Shown: piece after piece, positions 9,334 through 17,324 of the stretch
Layout of the letters: each line of letters starts with the position of its first letter
How positions within the stretch are numbered: the stretch's first letter is position 1
DNA from: Microcoleus sp.
Lineage (GTDB): Bacteria > Cyanobacteriota > Cyanobacteriia > Cyanobacteriales > Microcoleaceae
Direction of reading: 5' to 3'
Assembly: GCA_042408215.1 (NCBI GenBank)
Contig: JAYFMW010000030.1
Span: forward strand, 384,001 to 448,000
DNA length: 64,000 bases
The notes under the pieces: model-generated
What the model saw: the letters and a program-made list of their open reading frames with translations, nothing else
The model's database searches: none
What the model was told of the DNA's origin: nothing
Position numbers and translations under genes: made by a program

Positions 9334-9512
9334 AAAAAATCCTGTAAGTTTGGAAACCCTGTGTCTTCCGACCAGGGATGAAACACGCGGTGCCGAATTG
9401 ATTCGGCGTGAATATTTGCTGCTACAGGGGAGATGCTCAATTGAGGAGGGTCAACTTAGGGCTTCAGTTTTTTAGGCCCGAAGCCCCAGACTTCTAGTTG
9501 GGGGTTCTTGAC
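9334..9512. mobile_element. 179-bp non-autonomous IS200/IS605 derivative with both ends; minus strand resembles the 5' part of a HEARO/IscB omegaRNA
   Basis: Left-end hairpin GAAACCCTGTGTCTTCCGACCAGGG and right-end hairpin GAAGCCCCAGACTTCTAGTTGGGGG...TTGAC. Removing it restores a 4-nt stop-to-start spacing. Confidence 0.7.
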
Positions 9513-9516
9513 AGAT

Positions 9517-11190
9517 TCAGAGAACCTCCAGAGAGAGTATGGTTTGGTCGTCTTCCTGCACTGGATTATCAGCTCGGATGTGAGCCAATAAGTTGTCCAA
9601 GTTTAAGCAACCAGGCTCCTCAATCAGGAGTTGCCACAGCCCTTCTTGTTGTAACATGGAACGAGTTTGTTGACCCCCTGCGATCGCCTGATTAGTGACA
9701 GTCGCTTCAGTAATCCCATCGCTCGTCAGCAGAAATACATCTCCTGATTTTAGTTCGATCGTACCCGATTTTCCCTTCCACACTGGCAGTATCCCCAAGG
9801 GGATGCCACGAGCTTTGAGGAAATTCGGTTCTACCGGTGTTGCACCGCCAGCGGCTTGAGCTTTCACCTCCGAGTGAGACCAAACTATCGGATAGATGTG
9901 ACCAGCATTGGCAAAAGCCAGGTGTCCCGTGGAGGGCGTGTAACGAGCTACAACCATTGTAATAAAATGGTTGTTACCAATTAAGTCATCAGCCATACTG
10001 CTATTCATGTTCAGCATGACTTGGCTTGGTTCGGGAGAAATTTCTACACTGAGTTCCCGTCGCATTACCGAAATGGCACTAGCCATAAATAGAGCAGCCG
10101 GAACACCCTTACCGGAAACATCTCCCACCGCGATCCAAATATCCCCTTGGGAGTGAACGTAGACTTCAAAAAAGTCGCCACCAACTTCCCGTGCAGGATA
10201 GCAGCAAGCTTGGACTCTGACCGTTTCAAAATCCGGCCAACTTTGACGCAACAAGTTTGTTTGGATTTGGCGAGCCACCTCCAACTCATTTTGCATCTGC
10301 TGGGCTAAATCCAGAGTCCGCTGGTAGAGTTTAGCTTGGGAGAGAGCGAGGGCAGCTTGAGCAGCTACACCTTCGATTAACTCTATATCTTCCGCCGACC
10401 AAGTATTGCTATTGCCAACTTGGCACAGTGCAAGTACCGCCAGAATGTCTTGCTGGTAAGTCAGTGGCACCGCAATCTCAACCGAGTTACCGTCATTTTT
10501 ACTGCCGCTTTGCAGTTGAGTTTGGCGGCTGGCTACGGCTTGAATCAGCAAATCTTCATTAAAAGAAAAGCTGGTGGTTTCTGCTGTTTGGGATTGGTAG
10601 GGGAAAGTGCTCGGCAATAAGCGTGAGCCCTCTACTGGCCGTAGCATACAATAGCTGGCCTCAAAAGTTTGACCTACGGTTTGGACAATAGTTTGTACCA
10701 TACTAGAGTAATCTAGCGACCCGCGAATCACGCTCATCACCTCATTGAACAGAGATTCTTTGCGTAAAGCGCGACGCAGTGCGACGTTCCGCTGCCTGTA
10801 GTATTTGTAAGTTTCTGAGGCTTGATTAATAACCGATTTTAGTTCTTCTGGATTCCACGGTTTGGTGATGTATTTGAAAACTTGACCTGAGTTGATGGCC
10901 TCCACCAAGTCTTCAACATCAGTGTATCCCGTCAAGAGAATCCGAATCGTATCGGGAAAGCGCTCGACTGTTTTGCCCAAAAATTCAGTGCCATTCATTT
11001 CAGGCATCCGCTGGTCAGATATAATCACCGCCATCTCGCCCTGTTCGTCTAGAACTTGAAGGGCACTGAGGGCGCTATCTGCTTTATAAACTTGAAAGTC
11101 GCGTCGAAACGTCCGGTACAGCAAATCCAAGTTGTCGGGTTCGTCATCGACTACCATTAGTTTCAGCTTGCTTCCATCTCCCCGACTCAT
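9517..11190 (-). CDS. Response regulator-GAF-PP2C (SpoIIE/RsbU-like) phosphatase
   Basis: Receiver (VVDDE, ISDQRMP, ITKPW), GAF region, and EVGGDF, GDVSGKG, NAGH, SDGITEA, EDDQT. Confidence 0.93.
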   Translation of the reverse strand: MSRGDGSKLKLMVVDDEPDNLDLLYRTFRRDFQVYKADSALSALQVLDEQGEMAVIISDQRMPEMNGTEFLGKTVERFPDTIRILLTGYTDVEDLVEAINSGQVFKYITKPWNPEELKSVINQASETYKYYRQRNVALRRALRKESLFNEVMSVIRGSLDYSSMVQTIVQTVGQTFEASYCMLRPVEGSRLLPSTFPYQSQTAETTSFSFNEDLLIQAVASRQTQLQSGSKNDGNSVEIAVPLTYQQDILAVLALCQVGNSNTWSAEDIELIEGVAAQAALALSQAKLYQRTLDLAQQMQNELEVARQIQTNLLRQSWPDFETVRVQACCYPAREVGGDFFEVYVHSQGDIWIAVGDVSGKGVPAALFMASAISVMRRELSVEISPEPSQVMLNMNSSMADDLIGNNHFITMVVARYTPSTGHLAFANAGHIYPIVWSHSEVKAQAAGGATPVEPNFLKARGIPLGILPVWKGKSGTIELKSGDVFLLTSDGITEATVTNQAIAGGQQTRSMLQQEGLWQLLIEEPGCLNLDNLLAHIRADNPVQEDDQTILSLEVL

Positions 11191-11305
11191 AAAAACTCTC
11201 GTTAAGTGGGAAACTCAGTGTCTAAAGACCTGAGAGGTAAACGACCCTTCGACTACGAGGAAGGGCATCGCACGAGCGGTTGAAACCGCCGTGAATCTTT
11301 CTTTA
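11191..11305 (+). mobile_element. Orphan IS200/IS605 left end
   Basis: TCAT|...GGAAACTCAGTGTCTAAAGACCTGAGAGG...GCGGTTGAAACCGC is homologous to the left end at 9334, and its hairpin matches the right end at 13821-13855. Confidence 0.6.
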
Positions 11306-11434
11306 GCATGACACGGGAGTTGCTTGATAGGAGTGTACTTTTGTAATGCACTTTCGGTGGGACTCGGCTACGCGAACGTGCATCGCTGTTACCACCTCAA
11401 ACTTTGCAACTCGCGATCGCATGGCCGGGCCGAA

Positions 11435-12337
11435 TCAAATTAATTTTTCTGCCAGTCTGAGCTTAGCAGAACGAGCGCGGGGATTTCTACTTACTTCTTC
11501 CGATTGTGCAATAATCGGCTTTTTTGTCAGTACGCGCAAACAGTCTGTGGCTCTGAGTTGGTGCTTAACCGGTCTGTCTTCGAGACTGTGAAAAGTAATA
11601 ATTCCGAGCCTCCCACCGGGTTTTAACCACCTTGGCGCTTGGTTGAGGAAAGTTTCTAGAGAAGCCAGTTCCGAGTTGACGGCTATCCTTAGTGCTTGGA
11701 AAGTACGAGTGGCTGGATGGATTCTGCCATTACGCTGCTTGGGTGGGAAGGTGCTGGCGATCGCACCAGCGAGTTCTGTTGTACTGTCAAAAGGACGCCC
11801 TTGCACAATCCGCCTGGCGATGCGGCGAGACAGTCGCTCCTCGCCGTATTTATAAATGATCTCCGCTAGTTTAACTTCATCCCAGTGATTGATCATCTCT
11901 TCAGCCGTCAAAGATTGCTGTTGGTTCATACGCATATCTAACTTAGCTGGATGGCGAAAACTAAAGCCACGTTCCGGTGTATCGAACTGAGCCGAGCTAA
12001 CGCCTAAGTCTGCTATGATACCATCAAATGTGGAATCTTGAGAGTGATAGTCAGCAAAATTGCCGTGCCAAAACTCGACGGGAGCGTTAGCAAATCGGGT
12101 TTGGCAAAAACGGATGGCTTGTTCATCGCGATCGATCGCCACCACTGTAACATCAGCCGCCGCCGCTAAAATCAAACCAGTGTGTCCACCGCCTCCTAAT
12201 GTCGCGTCCAAATAGTGGCCGCCTGGGCGCACACCCAAACCCGCAATTAACTCTTGACCCAAAACTGGAACGTGATAGGTGTCAACACTGACATCTGATC
12301 CAAGGGTGTCCTTCTCAGAAAGCTCAATATCCTTCAT
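11435..12337 (-). CDS. rsmH: 16S rRNA m4C1402 methyltransferase
   Basis: [56 protein letters not shown]. Confidence 0.96.
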   Translation of the reverse strand: MKDIELSEKDTLGSDVSVDTYHVPVLGQELIAGLGVRPGGHYLDATLGGGGHTGLILAAAADVTVVAIDRDEQAIRFCQTRFANAPVEFWHGNFADYHSQDSTFDGIIADLGVSSAQFDTPERGFSFRHPAKLDMRMNQQQSLTAEEMINHWDEVKLAEIIYKYGEERLSRRIARRIVQGRPFDSTTELAGAIASTFPPKQRNGRIHPATRTFQALRIAVNSELASLETFLNQAPRWLKPGGRLGIITFHSLEDRPVKHQLRATDCLRVLTKKPIIAQSEEVSRNPRARSAKLRLAEKLI

Positions 12338-13855
12338 AATAATAATATGGGATCCGGGAAACGAGCGAGACTTTAGTCCTTCCTAGGGAAGCTCTAAGGG
12401 GGACTTCAGTCCCCGTGTTCTTTCTTTCTTAGCCGAATAGTGTATGTCTTCTATTTGACGTATCCACTATAATCGTTTAAGCTAAAAAGATCAACCAATC
12501 TTCAGGAAAGCAGAGGTGAATAAAACCCAAAGAATTATGGGAGTTCAGCAAGTATTGCTGTCTCCAACCAAAGAAGTTCAAGCATTGTTGGAGTATCTCT
12601 GTCAACAATCTGGTAAACTGTATAACAGTGGTATTTATTTGGCTCGTCAGACTTTTTTTAAGACAGAAAAACTGTTGACTGGAAAATTTGACTTGTCTGT
12701 TGAATCGTCAGTGTCAAAATCACTGGTTGCTAAATCGTTGCCATCAACACCAATGCAGCAAACATTGATGTCAGTCACAGAAGCCTTCAAATCTTTTAAA
12801 GAATTAAGAGATTTGTACAGGAAAGGTCAATTGCATTTTAAGCCCAAGCCACCGGGATATCTGAAAGGGTCTAAGCTGTTCAAAGTAGCTTATCCAAATT
12901 CTGGAGGATTAAGACCTAAACTTGTTGGAAATCAGTTAAAATTTTCCTTGGGTTTAACAGTGAGGCGATGGTTTGGAATTCCTGAATTCTTTCTACCCAT
13001 GCCATCAAATCTTGATTTTTCCAAGGTTAAAGAGTTTACGATTCTTCCTAAGAATGGTGCTTTTTACCTGGAAATGTCCTACGAAGTCGAAAAAGAACAA
13101 CATAATCTGGACATTAATCAAGCGTTATCAATTGACTTGGGAACTGCTGACAATCTAGCAGCTTGTGTCGATACACTAGGAAACTCCTTCTTAATTGATG
13201 CTCGTGCCATGAAAGCGATGAATCAATTGTGGAACAAGAAAGTAGCAACTAGAAAAGAAGGAAAATCCGAAGGTTATTGGGACAATTGGTTAGATCGTGT
13301 AACCCGTAAACGCAATCACCAAATGCGTGACGGTGTTAACAAATCAGCTTTGTTAATTGTCAACCATTGTCTGAAATTTGGAATTGGCACACTGATAGTT
13401 GGGTGGAATGAAGGTTTCAATTCTAATAGTAATCTAGGCAAAGTGAATAATCAAAAGTTTGTTCAAATGCCTTTAGGTAAGCTGAAAAATAGGTTAAAAG
13501 AACTGTGCGATTTGCACTGCATCAGGTTTGTTGAAACCGAAGAAGCGTATACATCGAAAGCTAGTTTTCTGGATGGAGACTCCCTACCCAAATATGGTAA
13601 AAAACCATCTGGGTGGAAAGCGTCTGGAAAGCGGATTGAACGTGGCTTGTATCGGTCAGCTAATGGTACTGTAGTGAATGCAGACTTAAATGGTGCTGCC
13701 AACATTCTGAGAAAAGTAGCCAGTAAGTTAGGTATAGACTTAAACCAACTGGGTAGACGTTGTTTGACGACCGTAGCGAGAGTTAGACTTTGGGTATTAC
13801 CCAAGCCTAGTTCTGTCCGCAGAATCTCAGCGTATGAAAGACCTGAGAGTGTCAA
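12338..13855 (+). mobile_element. tnpB-only IS200/IS605 element between rsmH and ndhH
   Basis: TCAT target, then a degenerate left end (GGGAAAC...GGGGACTTCAGTCCCC). Right end GAATCTCAG...CTGAGAGTGTCAA. Confidence 0.75.
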
Positions 13856-13895
13856 AATCTATAAAAGCGAAACAAAAATCAACAATAGTCAGTAA
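12516..13895 (+). CDS. tnpB: TnpB (IS605 OrfB) RNA-guided nuclease family
   Basis: SIDLG (RuvC-I), IVGWN, EEAYTSK, NADLNGAANI (RuvC-III). Confidence 0.92.
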   Translation: MNKTQRIMGVQQVLLSPTKEVQALLEYLCQQSGKLYNSGIYLARQTFFKTEKLLTGKFDLSVESSVSKSLVAKSLPSTPMQQTLMSVTEAFKSFKELRDLYRKGQLHFKPKPPGYLKGSKLFKVAYPNSGGLRPKLVGNQLKFSLGLTVRRWFGIPEFFLPMPSNLDFSKVKEFTILPKNGAFYLEMSYEVEKEQHNLDINQALSIDLGTADNLAACVDTLGNSFLIDARAMKAMNQLWNKKVATRKEGKSEGYWDNWLDRVTRKRNHQMRDGVNKSALLIVNHCLKFGIGTLIVGWNEGFNSNSNLGKVNNQKFVQMPLGKLKNRLKELCDLHCIRFVETEEAYTSKASFLDGDSLPKYGKKPSGWKASGKRIERGLYRSANGTVVNADLNGAANILRKVASKLGIDLNQLGRRCLTTVARVRLWVLPKPSSVRRISAYERPESVKIYKSETKINNSQ

Positions 13896-13913
13896 TCATT
13901 AATTCATTTAATT

Positions 13914-15098
13914 ATGTCAAGAATTGAGACTAGAACCGAACCGATGGTGCTGAACATGGGGCCGCACCACCCATCCATGCACGGGGTACTCCGGTTAATC
14001 GTCACCCTAGACGGGGAAGACGTAGTGGACTGCGAGCCTGTTTTAGGCTATCTGCACCGTGGGATGGAAAAAATTGCCGAAAATCGCACAAACGTGATGT
14101 ACGTGCCCTACGTGAGCCGCTGGGACTACGCTGCGGGGATGTTTAACGAAGCGGTGACAGTCAATGCACCGGAAAAGTTGGCGAATATTGCTGTCCCCAA
14201 ACGGGCTAGTTATATTCGGGTAATTATGCTGGAGTTGAACCGGATTGCTAACCACTTGATGTGGGTAGGGCCGTTTTTGGCGGACGTGGGAGCCCAAACT
14301 CCTTTCTTCTATACTATGCGCGATCGCGAACCGATTCTCGATTTATGGGAAGCAGCCACCGGTTATCGCATGGTGAATAATAACTATTTCCGCATTGGCG
14401 GAGTTGCGGCAGATTTACCCTACGGTTGGGTAGATAAGTGCGAAGATTTCTGCGATTACTTCCTTCCCAAAATTGACGAATACGAACGTTTAATCACCAA
14501 CAATCCTATCTTCCGCCGCCGGATTGAAGGGCTGGGTACTATTTCTCGCAACGAAGCGATTAACTGGGGACTATCCGGCCCCATGTTGCGCGGTTCCGGC
14601 GTCAATTGGGATTTGCGGAAAGTTGACCATTACGAATGTTATGACGACTTCGACTGGGAAGTTTGTACAGAAGCTGCGGGCGATTGTTTAGCCCGGTATT
14701 TGGTACGAATTCGGGAGATGCGCGAGTCAGTGAAGATTATCTATCAAGCCTTGAAAGGAATCCCCGGCGGCCCTTACGAGAATTTGGAAGCGAAGCGACT
14801 CGAAAGCGGGCCAAAATCCGAGTGGAATAGTTTTCAATATCAGTTTATTGGCAAAAAAGTCGCGCCGACTTTTAAGATTCCCAAGGGCGAACATTATGTC
14901 CGCGTTGAAAGCGGCAAAGGTGAGTTGGGGATTTACATTATCGGAGACGATAGTACATTTCCTTGGCGCTGGAAGATTCGGGCTGCGGACTTTAATAATT
15001 TGCAGATTTTGCCTCACATTGTGCGCGGCGTGAAGATTGCGGATTTGGTGGCGATTTTGGGAAGTATCGACATTATTATGGGTTCAGTGGATAGGTAG
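13914..15098 (+). CDS. ndhH: NAD(P)H-quinone oxidoreductase subunit H
   Basis: [41 protein letters not shown]. Confidence 0.98.
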   Translation: MSRIETRTEPMVLNMGPHHPSMHGVLRLIVTLDGEDVVDCEPVLGYLHRGMEKIAENRTNVMYVPYVSRWDYAAGMFNEAVTVNAPEKLANIAVPKRASYIRVIMLELNRIANHLMWVGPFLADVGAQTPFFYTMRDREPILDLWEAATGYRMVNNNYFRIGGVAADLPYGWVDKCEDFCDYFLPKIDEYERLITNNPIFRRRIEGLGTISRNEAINWGLSGPMLRGSGVNWDLRKVDHYECYDDFDWEVCTEAAGDCLARYLVRIREMRESVKIIYQALKGIPGGPYENLEAKRLESGPKSEWNSFQYQFIGKKVAPTFKIPKGEHYVRVESGKGELGIYIIGDDSTFPWRWKIRAADFNNLQILPHIVRGVKIADLVAILGSIDIIMGSVDR

Positions 15099-15207
15099 AA
15101 AAAAAGGCGATCGCATTTTAGGGCTGTCAGCAAAAAAGTGCGATCCTCTTCGAGGGCTTCGCTAACGCCCTTTTTTGCATCAGATAAAGTCCAGGGCACA
15201 TAATACC

Positions 15208-15274
15208 AAAGAAACCGGGTTTTTTACTTCAACTGTCGGCTACAACGAAAGATTTTCGTAAAAACCCGGTTTCT
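15208..15274. repeat. AGAAACCGGGTTTTT...AAAAACCCGGTTTCT inverted-end element; other copies at about 20289-20357, 45228-45291 and 57163-57227
   Basis: Conserved inverted termini around a variable core, directly visible. Confidence 0.8.
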
Positions 15275-15394
15275 GACTACCCATAAATCTGGGACTGTAT
15301 ATATTAACAATATTTCTCTCTTCTCTCTTCCTCTGTGCCCTCTGCGCCCTCTGCGGTAAAAAAAATCTTTATTTCATCTTTGCTTCGATAAACT

Positions 15395-16600
15395 ATGACA
15401 TTTCAGAAATTAGATATCAATGACAGCAACCCGGAACTCTGCGATTTAATCTGCGAAAGAATTGCCGCAACTCCGCAGCAGCGAATTACCTTTGCTGAAT
15501 ATATGGATTTAGCATTATATCATCCGCAGTATGGTTACTATAATAGCGATCGCCCGGCGATCGGCAAACAAGGCGATTTTATCACGTCGTCTGATTGGGG
15601 TGCTGATTTTGCCGAGGTTTTGGCGGAGCAATTTGTGGAAATGTGGGAAATTCTCGATCGCCCTCAAAACTTCACAACCGTAGAAATGGGCGCTGGGCGG
15701 GGAACTTTCGCCAAAAATGTGCTGCAATACCTGCAACGGCAACATCCCGACTTATTTAAAACTTTAACATACATAATTGTTGAAATTTCGCCAATACTGC
15801 AAGCAGAACAACGGCAAAGTTTAGGTGATATCAAGTGTGTTAAATGGTGTCAGTGGGACGAGATAGTTGATAATTCAATTGTCGGCTGTTGTTTTTCTAA
15901 TGAATTAGTTGATGCTTTCCCCGTGCATCAATTCATTCTGGATCAAGGGCAAGTTATGGAAATTTATATTACCACAGAATCCCCAAAAAGTCAACAAAAA
16001 GAGATCGAATTTGTTGAGGTACTTGGCGAAGTATCTACACCTAAAATTGCTGAATATTTTGATTTTCTAGGCATAGATTTATCGGCGAGTGTTTACGGGG
16101 ATGGTTATCGCAGTGAGGTGAATTTGGCGGCTTTGGATTGGATGAGTACAGTTGCTCAAAAGTTGCAGCGGGGATATTTGTTAACTATTGATTACGGCCA
16201 TCCAGCGCACCGCTATTATAATCCGAGGCGCAGGGAGGGGACGCTACAGTGTTATTATCTGCACCGATATCACAATAATCCTTATATTAATGTGGGGCGG
16301 CAGGATTTGACGGCTCATGTCAATTTTACGGCGTTGGAAAAGCAGGGTGAATTGTGCGGTTTGGATGTGGTAGGGTTTACTCAGCAGGCTTTGTTTTTGA
16401 TGGCGTTGGGTTTGGGCGATCGGATTGCTTCTCTATCCACAAGTGTATTAGATGTGGCAACGTTGTTGCGGCGCAGGGAGGCTTTGCATCGGTTGATCGA
16501 TCCGATGGGTTTGGGGGGTTTTGGGGTTTTGGTGCAGTGTAAGGGGTTGAGGGAGGGGGGAAAGGGGAGAATATTGAAGGGTTTGATGGTGCCTGATTGA
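15395..16600 (+). CDS. MidA/NDUFAF7-family SAM-dependent methyltransferase
   Basis: ITFAEYMDLALYHP..GYY, GDFITS, VEMGAGRG, SNELVDAFP, TIDYG, QDLTAHVNF. Confidence 0.92.
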   Translation: MTFQKLDINDSNPELCDLICERIAATPQQRITFAEYMDLALYHPQYGYYNSDRPAIGKQGDFITSSDWGADFAEVLAEQFVEMWEILDRPQNFTTVEMGAGRGTFAKNVLQYLQRQHPDLFKTLTYIIVEISPILQAEQRQSLGDIKCVKWCQWDEIVDNSIVGCCFSNELVDAFPVHQFILDQGQVMEIYITTESPKSQQKEIEFVEVLGEVSTPKIAEYFDFLGIDLSASVYGDGYRSEVNLAALDWMSTVAQKLQRGYLLTIDYGHPAHRYYNPRRREGTLQCYYLHRYHNNPYINVGRQDLTAHVNFTALEKQGELCGLDVVGFTQQALFLMALGLGDRIASLSTSVLDVATLLRRREALHRLIDPMGLGGFGVLVQCKGLREGGKGRILKGLMVPD

Positions 16601-16649
16601 TTATCCCAGATTGATAAGCTGTTCTCCATTTAAACCAGTAACGAGGCTA

Positions 16650-16713
16650 GTAGGGTGCGTCAGCTAGAACCCTTACGCTGAAACGGAAAACCTTAGATAC
16701 TGACGCACCCTAC
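16650..16713. repeat. GTAG-type REP-like inverted repeat
   Basis: GTAGGGTGCGTCAG...CTGACGCACCCTAC. A related copy lies at 32974-33039. Confidence 0.75.
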
Positions 16714-16746
16714 GCCAGGAGTTTAAATGCCGAACAGCTTAATTAA

Positions 16747-17322
16747 CTAATTAAGCTGTTTTTTAACCGCACGAGCGATTAAAGGTGCTTTTTTTTCTAA
16801 CCCTTCTAAATTAAGTTCATTCTCTAGATACATCCGATACCACTCCTGACGTTGTTCAATCACCCATTCACTATTCTGAAGCTGTAACTGTTTGATGGTA
16901 AATTCGGCTCGATCGCGATCGCCGGAAGGAACCGCATCAGTCAAAACCAACTGACAAGAAGGTAGGATAATCTCAAACCAATTATCTTCCACTTCAAACG
17001 GATCGAGAATTTGTCGATCGTAAGTTCCTTTGCAGCTATTTACCCGTTGCAAAGCATAGCGATAGTTTTTCCATTCATAAATCAAATGGCGGTTTTCTGC
17101 TTTACTTTTACTCAAATAATGATCGACAGTTCCCATCCGACTCGGTATATACATAACTGAATAGCCACAAAGATTTTGGAACCCTTTAGCTAATGCGGGT
17201 TTTAAGGTAGACCAAAAATCCTTTGGTTCTTTCCCAGGATTGTTAACTAACCAATTATTGCCTGCTTTTCGCACTTTTTCCTCAAAATTTGCTGGTTCCG
17301 GTGGCGGAGTAAATTGTATCAT
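16747..17322 (-). CDS. HNH endonuclease (PtuB-like)
   Basis: CGYS...GTVDHY.SKS...LIYEWKNYRY...VNSCKG...ILDPF. The ATG at 17322 lies 2 nt after the ATPase stop, with GAGG upstream. Confidence 0.85.
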   Translation of the reverse strand: MIQFTPPPEPANFEEKVRKAGNNWLVNNPGKEPKDFWSTLKPALAKGFQNLCGYSVMYIPSRMGTVDHYLSKSKAENRHLIYEWKNYRYALQRVNSCKGTYDRQILDPFEVEDNWFEIILPSCQLVLTDAVPSGDRDRAEFTIKQLQLQNSEWVIEQRQEWYRMYLENELNLEGLEKKAPLIARAVKKQLN

Positions 17323-17324
17323 CT

